Below, piece after piece: positions 12,060 through 25,153 of a stretch of DNA of 64,000 nucleotides. The notes beneath the pieces are model-generated. The model was not told where the DNA came from. It did not search any database and was given only the letters and a program-made list of their open reading frames with translations. The DNA is from Phallusia mammillata (taxonomy: Eukaryota), in contig OZ281497.1 in assembly GCA_965637545.1 (NCBI GenBank), forward strand, positions 10,602,001-10,666,000, in the 5' to 3' direction. Positions within the stretch are counted from its first letter, which is position 1. Each line of letters opens with the position of its first letter. The position numbers were made by a program, and so were the translations under genes.

Positions 12060-15000
12060 CCCTAATAGGTGCGAAGTTCGGCGTCCAGGTTTAAAATCTT
12101 GCAAAGTGTCAGGGTTTCAACCTATTTTCTACACATTTGTGTCACATTTTTCTCCTGTATGTATTTTTAACGTTTGCACCAAATTCCGGCGATTGTGTCC
12201 ACCAAGTGCTGGACCGAGCAAACAAACAAAAAGTAGTTTATGGAAATTTGGCGAAATATGGCACTGATTATAAAACGTTGTCCCCAAATTAAGTTAAAAT
12301 TTGGAAATTCATCTTCGTAAACAAACGGTGTCTTCTTAGAAAAACAAGCAACCTGTCAACAAACGACTTATGTCCAAGTTTGTTTGTCTCCCTAACTTAG
12401 TTAAGAGACCACAAAAGTCAAAAGTACCTCAACTAGTTTAACCTCGGCGTAGTAAGTTTTTAAACTACCAGCACCTATCATCCTATTTGCCGGAACGGGA
12501 ATTTCGGCCTCCAATTATTTAAAAAAAGAAGCGTGTTACAGAAAAACAAACAAGGTGGAAACAAGATGTGCACGAGTTGCGATAAAAACAAATCTGGACG
12601 CTGATTAGTAAACGAGCAAAATGTTTGGTTACAAAATCCACACCAGGAACTAAATTTAATGCGCTTGGAAAGGAGCCATTGCTCATTTACTCTTTACTTC
12701 CCTTCTCGCAGTGGTTTATATCACCCAACAAAAAACATCCGCTTTACATTAGGCGACAATTAAAGTCCGATGACAGATGATTCTAAAATCAAGCGCAAGA
12801 ATTGCAGTCTTCAAAAAGCGTTACGCCGACGTGGACCTGGCAAGTTTCAAACCCAATCCGATTTAGCCCACTTCTTTGGCCACCGTGACTAGTGCGGGTG
12901 GTCCGGGCTCCTATGTGGGTGGGGGCTTCTAATTGTTTGTGATGGTTGTCAATGGTTTCTCACTTTTTACCAGGAGCCGTAAATTGTTCACTAATCCCGT
13001 GTTTTCAACGTTAAAACAGCATAAGCGGATGCTCGGCTGATCCCACACTTTTCCATCATCACTCCAACTCATCAAATGTTCACTACAGCGCTACCGGTTC
13101 AAGTTGGGTGTATTAGAAGCTTAAGTTGTAAGCGAATTTCATGTATGCAAATTGTTTTTGACTACCTTTTGTTGTTGTGGTTGTATTAAGTGGAACGAAA
13201 CTCTTTATTTGGTAGTCTGATACTAAAAAAAATCGGGTTTCATTTTGGCACATCGCTCTAAGAACATAAAAAAGAGCTGTTTTCATAAGATACGCCCCAA
13301 ATTTACACCACACGTGGCACTGTTGAGTAATTGCTTTTCTTTGTTTTTAGAATTTTTACGACAAAGTAAAACTATAAATCAAGTTTTGCGGACACTATAT
13401 GCTATGGATTTAACTTTTATGTCAGGTCTGGTTGAAAAGGTAGCGTAACATTACACCTCAAGTAACAAACTAGTTGTCTGGAATTCAATCTACAAACATG
13501 TAGTTTTAAATAGGTGGTAACAGTGAACAGTTCGTTATACTAGTGTTTTGTTTGGAACTAATTATTTTTCCAGCAAAACACTTGTTTTACCACAAACGAC
13601 ATTTTCGTATTTGTGGGCAAGTCAATCAGGATTAGGTAAAAAGTAGTTGCATAAAGTCAAACTGTCACGGTTCATCGGTCTAGAAATATGCGCACGTGAC
13701 GTCAGCTACTTTTAATGACGTCAGTGTTTCCAGGACAGCAACCAAATTCTGGTGTTAGTTGCAACATGTTTTGCCCAAACTTTGCCCCCTACCCCAAACG
13801 ACACCGTCGATATCTGAGTTTGGCTGATGCGGCGTAAGACCCACGTGCTTGTGGTTGTTTGTGGCATTTTGTGGTCACTTGTTGTTGCGCGCACCTGCCA
13901 TAAATTCTGGCTAAACCATCTTGTAAGTTGAATTCTTTAACAGCGTAAATTTTCAACAGATTTTTTAGTGAACTTGTTTGACACATTTTTTCTGAAGATT
14001 ATGATAAGTTGAAAACAAAACCATTGCACTGTTAGTCCTTATTTAAGTCACTCAAACGAAAATCGTAAGGGTTACTTCACTTTTGGACAGTAATTGTCAG
14101 AAAAAAGACCCAAAAAACTCTTCGTAGAAACGATTTATCAATTAATGCGTTTCAACAATTTGCAGAAGCTTTTTGAAACGTGTACCACAGCACGTAAGAT
14201 AATGCAGCCGACTTTTGAAGAGTAGAATTTGTACAGGGTAAACCCTTCACCGTGTTTTATGTTTACTCCCTCAGTCCTAACAATGCGTCACTTAGCCCCC
14301 CAAAATAAGGTTTGAGTCTTTTTTCGCTTGTACCCCTTTTCTCATGACATAACGGGGCCCATTGACCGCGCGGGCTCTTTGATCGAGCGGCTGCTGCCAA
14401 AGTCCCGGAGCCCGAGAAAGAAGCATTGTGTTGAGTTTACCTCTAAGCTGTTAATTAACCGTGGCAATGTAAAGCTTGGGGGCACTCCAAGTACAGTGGA
14501 TCGTTTGTAATGAAGTTACCACTGCGCGTGCGCGACCGGATCACGGTTTTTAGGCCCCTGTAACACGAGGTTACGTTAAAATATTTGTTTGGTGATGTCA
14601 GAAGTTAAGCAACTATTATTTTTTCCTTGTTGGTTGTGGTATTGTTTATTGTTACAGGAGTCTTTGGAACATGTAATGCACGGTAAAGAGTTCTCGCCAT
14701 TGTATTTTTGTTCCCCTTTGCGCCCTAAACCAGTTAAATAAGGTTTCATACCAAGTATAGTCATTAACATCAAATGCTTTGAGCGAAAAAATGTTTTTAC
14801 TAAAATTTATGTCAGTTGTAAGATGATCTTTGTTATACCTTTCATGTAATTATAGCACAATGTTTAATTTAGTATTTGTCTTTCGTCTTTAGAATATTCT
14901 GTCACTAGAAAAATGCGTCCTCAGGTTTAATTTAAGCAAACCCCAAAACTAAACAATCGCTTGGACGTTCAAGAAGTTAACGAAGAATTCTACATATCAA

Positions 15001-18000
15001 CTCAGTCAAATGCCAAATTGCCGGTTTGCCGGTTAAATTCGTGGGATGTGATAGGCGCCCGAAATGACCAAAATAGAGACTGGTCCACCTGTGTCTATCG
15101 ACTCAAAATCAATGACCCGTCGTGTCTTAAGGTTGCAACTTGATCGGGAGTTAACGCACGTTGTGCATCAAATGACCGCTAAGCCTCACTTACTGAAATC
15201 TCTTCAAGCACTCCAAAGACTGCAGCGGTGTCGAAGGTCAGGATACCCAAACGCAATGTTGCTCTATTTTATTTCTCTTTTTGTCTCCTATTCTTCACAT
15301 GACGAAACGTGCATTAGTTTCTCTTCCCAAATGCCTTTTTCTTTACAATCCCCTTTTTCATTTTCTCTCTTTTTCATTTCAGTCTGACAGCATACACCTG
15401 TTGACGAAATAGCCCCTTGACGTAACCTTATCCTGGTCAATGGAGAAAATCATCTAGTTGGTTCTTGTACAACAAGTCAATCCGGTTTATTGAAATCTAC
15501 AAAGGTCTGAATATACAGAACTGGTGAGCCAAAAACACATTAGGGGCAACAGGCGGCGTAACAGGTAATTTTTCCAGTGTCGGAGATCGACTGTCAACAG
15601 GGATTATACCAACAATCAGGTTTGAATCGTCTTTTCGCCAACTGCCGAGTCATTCACGTATTTTGACTGGTATTTTTTGACTCGTATCTTTGTGTTGTTG
15701 CTTTGATATATCTGTGGAAATTGTTTTCAGGATCACAATTTATTTCGGTTACGGTTCAAGTATTTTGAAAATGTTAATTACACTTTGCACATATAAAATT
15801 CTTTGATACCGATAGATTGTTAAAATGTTCAGCGTTTGCAACCAAATTCTAATTAATATCCCTGAAAGCAACCGTTCACACAGCCCTCAAGTTGCATTGA
15901 AACATATTTTCGTTTCGCGCTTTGTTTAACTCATCAACCTCCGTTTAAAATTTATCGACAACTGAGTACCTCGCTTTGTCTACTGGGACACGTTTCCACT
16001 AGGTGGCGCCACATACAAAGCCGTCAGATTGTTTCGTCACAAGGCCTATCTCATCGCCATCTGGTCACACTTCAATGATTATAAGCGTGCAACCTCTTAG
16101 GTAACTCCTATTTTAGGGCGAGAAACTTTTTCGTCTTTTTTCCGTAAAACGCTACCTAATGACAATTTTGCCTCTTTCTTTTGATTTCATTGTTTCACGA
16201 TCTGTGTCAACCAAACCTGTTTCTTCAATTATTTAATGTTCATCGAAAAATTATCGAAATGGCTGTTTTTGTGATGGCACACTAAAAATCAATCTTCCGG
16301 CATATCAGCTGTATTCCGTTTTTTAAACCAGAGAAAAATTGATTAAATAGCCAATATATAAAACAACAACGTGAGGCTGTTTTTCTTGAGCTGTTTAAAT
16401 CTACCATCAAACATAGTGGCATCGAACATAGAATATGTAACACTAGCCATTAAATACTACAAAACTCTGTTTATAACCGGCGGCAGTCACTTGCAAAATT
16501 ACCCTGTCGGTGGCACAAGGTCGCCATGCAACTGCCATTCAGAAACGACACACGTGACACGTGACACAAATTATGCTATTAGCCGCGCATAGACCGGGGT
16601 TTAGCAACCGGATCTGTGTACATTTGAGTGAGATTGCCGTAAAATGGTCTTCAAATAGCTGAGAGCTTCTGTTGTGGAGAATTTGGCAGCACACTGATGT
16701 CCTTTGTGCGATATGGTGCGCTATTATTAGCAACCAGCGAAAATGCCGTAATCCGTCGATTCGGGAGCGTATTTTGAGTAATATACAAATTTACGGCAGG
16801 GGAAAAGCTAAAAGCGTTTTTATTAGTTTTGTCATAGGATTTAAGGAACGAGCAAATCACGATTTTACACGATTTGAATGCCAACAAAACGGAGCGGGTG
16901 AAGTTGACGACCATTTGTGCACAAATAAAACGACTAAAATATGTTTTCTGTGGTTTAATGTTTTTGTTTAAAATAAAATCAAAATCATTATGTCAGTTTT
17001 CGCGAAAAAACTCTTTAAAATAATTGAAATTTTAGACAAACATTCTTTGAAAATAATCAGCAGTATCTCAAAACAAGTCTTTTTTTAGTCAAAATCCCTA
17101 TCCATAGTTATAGTTTAATATGCAAAATATCACCTGACATATTCTTGACGACTGCTTCAATAGTGGCGACGTTTTCAAATACGCGAGGCAAACAATTTTG
17201 TGGCGTGCAAAAAGACGACCAATCTTATGCGGGCAAAAACTTCCGATGTCACATTGTCATTTTTTGACACTTTTACAGCCAACATGACGCAGTTCTTTGA
17301 TGTACGGATGAAGAAGGCAAGAAGTCCCACCCACTTTCCTAGCAGTTGACACAAGGTTCGCTCGATGTTTTGTCACCGTCTGTCTAGCGATCACAGAGCT
17401 GTGGTCGCGCGTTTAAGGACATCAAAGCGAGAGCCAAAGTACATGAGCCTTGTTAACTGGTTCAATTTACGTTTTGACGACACATTTACGCCCCAGAGTA
17501 AGATCACGAACAAGTGGCACCCTGTTACGACATTGGGTATGATTGTGAATTGCTTGTTTAGAGTTCCACTACTTTCTCCGTGTTTCCAGGAACATAGCGA
17601 TATATTTATATTCCTACACGTGTACTAGAAGCGGCGGCGGTTTGGTTTTATGAATGGGCGTCCGACGGTGGTAAGAGGCGTGGCCGAACATAATTGGTTG
17701 TAAATCAATACAGTTTCACTTCACGACTTGGAATGCTATGATAACAAAGATTTAAAAAAAATAGATGCAAAAAAAGGAAAGTTTAACTAGATGTTATAAA
17801 TGCGATTTGTTAGTGCCATTGATTTAAATTTTACTCTTTCAACTAGTTCAAACAATTCAACTAAAATGAAGTAATTTGCCAAGCAAGCTTAAGTCAGAAA
17901 AAACATAACTTTTTTTCAAATCTAGTTTATTTCAAAAGCTTAAGGTATTCGCGTTATCAATGAAGTCCTGCTTAAGCTCTTTCAAAATTGGACGTGTCAT

Positions 18001-19291
18001 AAAATGTGTCGTTCTTTGATTTCAAGCGCGTGGTATGAGTTAACTCAAAACGAAACAAAAAAGTAGTCGAAACAACCTACAGACTACGTGGCTCCCGTAA
18101 CACTTAAAATCATGAGCATGTTTTTGTTTAAGGAAAGCGAATGTTGTCTGTAATGTTTACGGATGACATCCTAAATGCTGCGGGATCATTTTTCGAGAAA
18201 ACAACAAATGTCTATTTTTACATTTGGTTTACTCGCACTTTAATGAGACCGAGGCCAAATTCAATGACTCGCTACCGTTAAAGATACATTAGTCAAATGT
18301 TTATCGGTTTAAACGTGAGTGAAGTGAGTTTAACGCCCTAAACAAGCTCTAAATATTTCAACAAACTCATGCCAAATCGCCCTTTGCTCTGATCGCTTCC
18401 TTATCAGCGGCACGATGCTGGGTGGCAATGTATAAAGTGTTTTCTGGTTGTTATTATGTATCTGTATGCTATCTGTGCCAGTAATTTCACGCTTATGGGT
18501 GTGTCGTACTAACAAATGGCTGTGATGAGAATTTGACCACTTGCTAAACGTGTTTTAAGCTTACATACAATGATTATGCAGCGTTTGGACAGAAAACTTG
18601 AAAAAAAAATATTTGTTTGGTAGTGTCTGAATTGACAACCATTGTAGTTTGAATTGCGAGAGTGATTGCCCCAAAACCTATATACCTTGATTTCTTCGCG
18701 AAAAAAAAACAGTCAGCTTATGTTTTACCAAAAGTAAAACTTGAAACCATTAAAAAATACAACAACATCAATGCTTGACAGGATAGCTTACTACACATCC
18801 AATCACTGTACTAACAGGTTCTATTTTTTATCCAGCAAATTTATATGCTTGACACCAATATTGACGTTTCAACGGATTAAAAAAGATTGCCGACGAAATG
18901 TTTGCAGATGTATAATGCCAATCCCTTACTACACAACCTGACATAAGTTTTCCTCTGTTGTTCGTTTTGTAAAACGTTATGTGGTCAAGTTCTGTTCGTT
19001 TGGTGGATGATGTATTTGTAGTCTTTGTGAGGTTTTATTTTACAATAAATTTCCAAAGTCAACTTCTAAGAACCGACAAAAGTAAAATGACTTGGTAAGG
19101 TTTTCGTGGTTGCAACAACTCCCTGTATATTCACGTGGGAGTTTATTGACTCAGTTGGGTAGCTGTGTTAAAAGTTTATTTTAGAATAAAAGGTCAATGG
19201 TGGTGTTTTAAAGAAAATTTTGCTTCATAAGTTAGTTTGATTTCAAGGGCGCCTAAAAGCGGCCATCAGTGTTTATTTGACGCCTTTAGTT

Positions 19292-19580
19292 TTTGGGCTT
19301 TTCGGGCAGGGTTCGGGCATAGGTTTCTTTAAACAAACGGGCTTAATTCGGGCCTGACTTTACACTTTGTGTCAGTATTTTTTTGAATAAATTTAACCAG
19401 CTAAGTAGCCTGGACCTGACCAAATGGCAAACAGCTCTAAAACGCCTGTTTGTTATCTTGGTCTTTCCTCTGAGGCTTGAATTATCAGGCCTCAAGTCAA
19501 TCAAACTTTCGGGCCTATAAACGGGTTTCTCAAAAACGATTCGGGTTCGGAATCCGATTTCTGACCCGCTTACAACTCAG
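19292..19580 (-). mobile_element. Old, diverged copy of the hAT MITE family at 46728-47168, in opposite orientation
   Basis: gggcttttcgggcagggttcggg...aaacgggcttaa..cgggcctgactttac...cagctaagta matches the reverse complement of 46995-47150; ends tacaactcag (cf. tgcaactctg). Confidence 0.8.
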
Positions 19581-19671
19581 GCCTACATTGCATTATTATC
19601 CTAGTTTTGAAGTAGCTTAATCCATTGACGTTAGCGGCGTATTTTGAGACTTCTGATCACATGTAACATAA

Positions 19672-20859
19672 CACTGGGCAACAAAAAAATATTTTTTACT
19701 GGTGTCTGTAATGTTTTAACTGATTTTGACTAATTCTAGTGGCCTGATTTCAAAAATGCAATCGGTTTATCTGTATCACGTCTAGTTTTCCTGTTATGGT
19801 ACATCCACGTTTGAAAAACAATCTATATGTATCCACTATAGTGAAACTGGTTTTGAGTATTTTATTTGGAATTAACATTATTTCAAGAACAAAATTTCGA
19901 AATTAATTTTAAATGTAACAGGTGGACACTCCTAACAAACAAAATTCAACACAAAAAAACAAAAAAATGTTTCAAGTTTGTAAGTTATTAGGTATAGGCC
20001 TACACATGTACCTTGGTAACTTTCGAAGCTGAGTGGCAGCAATATCGTCCCGTTTAATTGACCAACAGCAGTTAGCCAGGACCACATTATTCCATCTTCC
20101 CTGACACGTTTCGTTTTACTGATATCCTGTTGGAACTTTTCCGCTTAATTCTCATCATTTATATCCCCTACGTTTTAAGGGAAGTGTAGCTTTAAACGTA
20201 TTTTCGTACTCAATTTTTCAGACCGCTTAACAACTTAGTTATGTACTCTTTCTATTAATTTCAGTCCCTTTCTACTGTTTTTGTCCATTACTGCAATATT
20301 CCAATTAACATTAGGTAAGTGGAGCCCATTGCTTGTCCTAAACCCCTAAAGCCACATCGAAGTGTGCAAGATATGCACATTTGATACAGATCTTTTTTCC
20401 CCTTTTAGTTGTGTTGTATGGGTATTCACCAGTAATGTAGCATAAACCATCTTGGTAATTCATGCAACACCTTTAGATGACCTAGCCACTATTAATTTTA
20501 GTTTTACCACCTTGCTTTACTGGTCTGAAAATCACTCCATAAAACATGTATAGTTTAAAGTTACCGCTAGCCTGCACCAACCATTTTTAGACAGAGCATA
20601 AGCATAGAACGCATATTCATGCTATGAAACTGACTGCACTGTAGGAAATTAATGTGTTTAATGTAACAAAACTTTAACAAGCACATAAAAGCATGATTTT
20701 AAAGTCATTAAATCAATATGGTCATAAATTTTGATTTTGTAAATAACTTAAAAAGTTGACCTGATTAAAGAAAACCGTAATGATTTTTGAAATCAGCACC
20801 CCAAAATTAGTCAATATCAATTTAAACATTAAAGACACCAAAAACTGTGTTGGCCAGTG
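19672..20859 (-). mobile_element. Internally deleted Chapaev3 (CMC superfamily) DNA transposon
   Basis: Termini cactgggcaaca / tgttggccagtg with long imperfect TIRs and left flank taa. Minus-strand transposase relics: N-terminal RCCMNYQDGLCYITGEY...KCAYLAHFDVALG..DKQWAP (~20475-20318) and C-terminal EKFQQDIS..QGRWNNVVLANCCWSIKRD (~20160-20040). Confidence 0.85.
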
Positions 20860-21591
20860 AATCTGCGGCATGCAGCGTAGGTGTAATTGCTCCAACAGCC
20901 CCTATTTATAAAATGACAGCATTTAAATATTTCTGAATGTCAAATCCGCTCAACTTGCGATGATTCAAACTGATTATTTCATGGTATTTTAGACGCCTGG
21001 CTCTGAAATTCATGAAAATCTAACCAACCCGATAAAATCCTGGAACCAAATACACTGGATTAAACAAATATATCTAAACATAATTGAGTCATCAGTGTCA
21101 TTGCTGGTTTGACCCAAGGGCGCACTAAATCATAAATATAGACCCTAAAGAGCTTAATGTATATTGAGGCTTTGTAAAACTACCTCGGGTGTATATTTAA
21201 GTAAATCTAAAAAATCCCCGTATACCTACGCGTTTTTGTTATTTCTGCTGAGGATATTACCTAATCTTTATTTTTTCACGTGTCAGGGGATAGGGATTAA
21301 ATAAGTTTTGGTGTCGAAACTCACCGTTGAGTTATTATTGTTTCGTTCTGAGCCATTCAACGATGTAATCCAAAAATACTTCCAGAGGGTATCCGATATT
21401 TTGTTATTATACCTTTTCTATTAACAAACGCTAAATTATACCGGAACGTAAATAAATTGATTTAAGGTGTTTGTTGGTAACTCATTCTTGAAGAAAAACC
21501 CCGCTTGTTACTTGAATTTGAGTTTGAACTTATAATTTTCTGAATCGTCTTGTACGTTTTATTCGAACCTGGCGTGCGTCGTTATTAAAAT

Positions 21592-22010
21592 GGGTGACAC
21601 TAAAACGCTGAATGGGCGGGACGGGCGGGACGGGCGGGACGTCGCGGAAACCGTTAAATATCGGGTAAATTGCTGACGGTTAGTGCTATTAGGGTTGGGT
21701 TGAGGTTTTATAAAAGTATGTGAATCAAAAAATGTCCCTGCCTAAAACTTATTCAGCTGTTTCCTGACATTCAGCAAAAATGCTTGGGCGGGAAGTCTCC
21801 CTCGGCCGCTGAATGTTTCCCTCGGCCGCTGAATGTTTCGCTCGGTCGCGGAAGGTATCCGGGGGAATTATTTTTAATGATTTTCTATTATAAAACCTTA
21901 TCCCAACCTTAGTAGCACTAACTGTCAGCAATTTAACCCGATATTCAGCGGTTTTTACGACTTCCCGCCCATTCGGCCCGTCCCGCCCATTCAGCGTTTT
22001 AGTGTCACCC
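21592..22010. mobile_element. Palindromic MITE with ~150-bp TIRs, Merlin-like
   Basis: TIR begins gggtgacactaaaacgctgaatgggcgggac and ends ...cccgcccattcagcgttttagtgtcaccc; perfect 8-bp TSD attaaaat (21584-21591, 22011-22018). Internal gggcgggac x3 and a ~20-bp tandem pair. Superfamily inferred only from the GG termini and 8-bp TSD. Confidence 0.88.
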
Positions 22011-23783
22011 ATTAAAATTACAACAAAAACTACGCACTTATACAAGCGATGGGCGACAGGAAAAGGTCGGTTACTTATGGCAAGCTTTACGTAATCTCAA
22101 ATGGCGACAAACTCACGTTTCAGTCACAAACAACACTGAAATATCCGACGTATCTCCACGCCCAAATGCCATGTTCCTTTTATCATGAAAAGTTGTCCGA
22201 CGCCAATTTTTCCATAGCCTGGTGGTCGGCGACCTCACTATGGCTACATGTCACTGTTGATTTGCTTTGCAATCAGTGTTTGACAATGCTTCGCCAAAAC
22301 AAACACTGACTGTGGGTAAATAGTCGGAACACGGTGTTATGTCGAGCTTTGCGCCTTTCATATTGCCGATATAATGGCAAGGCGCCAAGATTCATTGCGT
22401 GTCAGTATTTCATGGCGTCGCTTTGCTCGCTAGCTATTGTCCACCTTTGGTAGCAAGACGGTGAATATTTGTTCTAACCGCCCTCGTTTTAATGGCGTTG
22501 CTTGTAACTAGTATTAACAGAATTACGAGCAAACGCGTTGCCACATGCAAAAATCGTTTACAACCATTTGGTCGAATTGTTTCCCCAATTTCACCATTTT
22601 CTTCTTTTGCTGTTAATTACAAATTATTGACATGTACCTATAAGTCGTTACCATCATGATGATTCCGAAGCAACCATTAGTAGAGAGGCCAGCAGCTTTT
22701 GCGCAAGCCAGCCGACTTTTTTAATGTCTTTAATTATTAGAAACCCCGATATTTTTCACTGGGCGCAGCAAATGTTTTGTTACATTTGGAGGAAACGATG
22801 GAAAACAATGCCTCTTTTTTATTCGACTTCCGCCGGGGAAGGATTCCCAATCGACAGCTTCCCGAAGTGGAGTGGCCCTCTCCAGGTAACGACTAGGCCA
22901 TCACTTGAAAATGTGTTTATCAATGGTATGAAGTGGCCACTCGGCGACAGCAGACAGAACACAGACACGGGACAGCCTTGTGTGCATTTCGGATGAAGGG
23001 ACATCGTTATCAGTGGATCGCAAACAAAACTAATATTTTGCAACCTCTTTCACCTTTTGCGCCGCGAGCAAACAGTCAAACGTGACATGCGAGAGATTGT
23101 ACCTCGCCTTTTTTCTTCAGGGTTCCTTTTTCATTTTTCTCTCGAAGGCCTTGGGAAATTACTTGGGAAAAGTGCAAACACGAGAGTTTGCGAGTTTGTT
23201 TGCGCGATCCATCCCCCCACCTATGCTATGACATCACAGTGACGCGGTGCCCTTTGCCACAAACGCAATTACTACCTTGTATCCCCATGGTAACGCTTAA
23301 TGATAATCTATTATCGCTGTTAGTTTAGCTAATATCATCCAGCGTTCATCCTTCATAAGCAAACTCATCTGGTTTAATTGTCGCCAAGGTGTTTGTTTCC
23401 AAAAGTCGTGATATTTCTCTTCACCCAAATGCGTCCAAGACCCTGGACATTGACGCAATCTGTTTTAAAGTTTTTGAGAAATCTTGACTGGTAACTTTGT
23501 TTCGTTTTTTTCTTTTGTGTACTCTTCACTGGTCGTAAACTATGCAGCATAATAACACACTTGTATTTTTGTGGAGAATATGCCAACAGGCTGTTTGCTC
23601 TTTTCTTTTTTGACGTGTTGGATTTTTTATTGGTTTTGTGACTGAGAAAAAAACGTTTTGCTTGCACACAGCAAATAAGTTTTGTTGAAAAATATGTTAA
23701 CTAGACACAAATTTTTAGATATGTTTCAAATGAATCTTACGAAATGTTTTTCATGTGTTTTTAATTACGACAATGCTCCATGA

Positions 23784-24344
23784 CAGGGGCGGGCAACTTC
23801 TCCAGTCGGCGGGCCGGATATGGGGAAATGAAGTACTTGGCGGGCCGGATTCCTGAATCGATATACATTAATCGCGTATTTATCCAGTGATTTAAAACGG
23901 ATTTTTGACCACCTAAACCACATACATTCAAGAACATCACAAATACAATACAGTCCAAACAATCTAACTGATATAACATAAAATTATTCGCCACAGCAAA
24001 TTTAATGCATACACCACAGACTTAGATACTGCTGAAACACTAACTAGGCTACACGTGTGGAAACAAAGGAAACAGTGAAAGCAGGCCACACGCAAGGTTG
24101 GCAGTTATGTCGTAACAATGGATGTATGGTGCGATGGTAACAACGGCGGGAAAGTTTTTTTGCTATTGGGGAGCGTTACTGACCGTTATAACTATAATTT
24201 GACGCAGTAAGCAAGTAGTGGGGGATTGCGGCAGACTGTGGCCGCGGGCCACATTATCATGTAAGACCTGAAACTGTCTGCGGGCCGCTCAAAATCCCGC
24301 CGCGGGCCGGATCCGGCCCGCGGGCCGTATGTTGCCCGCCCCTG
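23784..24344. mobile_element. Non-autonomous hAT (Charlie-like) MITE
   Basis: TIR caggggcgggcaac / gttgcccgcccctg; gcgggcc subterminal repeats; perfect 8-bp TSD ctccatga (23776-23783, 24345-24352). Confidence 0.95.
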
Positions 24345-24731
24345 CTCCATGAGAACAACGCTTTAAAAGTGACAACAACGTATAGCCAATTAAGCAATAA
24401 ATATGAAATTTTTTTGATCATATTTTAAAATCTTTGCAAAAAAATAACTTGTGCAAGTTTTGTTTCACAAATGAACTAAGTCGGAAGTGGCCCAACGTTT
24501 TACGACACTATTGATATTTACCATCCATTATACGAGCAAGGCGTGGATGATTTTCACTCTGTTGACTGATCGTGATGCTCAGAGCTCATAAAACTTTTGT
24601 TTGAGCAACTGTTTCTCCTTTTTAGTACCATTTTTCAGTTTTTTTTTCTCTTTTTTTCTCAGTGTGGGAAGTTTACTTTGATCTTCACCTTACAATGATA
24701 GTGATGAAGGTGCTTTACCAACATCAAACAG

Positions 24732-25153
24732 AAGATGCCCAACTGAGATAAACAGTTTGCATTTACAATGCGAGCGGTTTGCCACAGTTAAATAAGGGTT
24801 TCGGTGCTAACTCACCGAAGTGACCGAATCTTCTTCTATTCGTCACTGTTTCAAATAGATTTTGCAAAATTCCCTTTGAAACCAGACTTTTTTACAATTA
24901 GTTTTATTATTTTGCTTCTTTTTCAGGAATCCTTGGTTTGCAATTTTGCAATTTAAACTTTTAAAAATATCAGCTTAATAGTTAAAAAAACAATCAATTT
25001 TCCAGCAAGATGCCCAACTGCATGAGGCAAAGAGTTTACATTTATACAATGCGAGCGGTTTGCTACAGATAAATAGGGTTTCAGCGTGAACTCACCCAAT
25101 TCTCTTGTATTCGACACTGTTTAAAATAAATTTTGCAAAATTCCATTTGAAAC
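24732..25153. repeat. Diverged ~150-bp direct duplication (about 24732-24883 and 25007-25153)
   Basis: Both copies read aagatgcccaactg...tacaatgcgagcggtttgc...aactcacc...tattcg.cactgttt.aaata.attttgcaaaattcc.tttgaaac. Confidence 0.9.
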
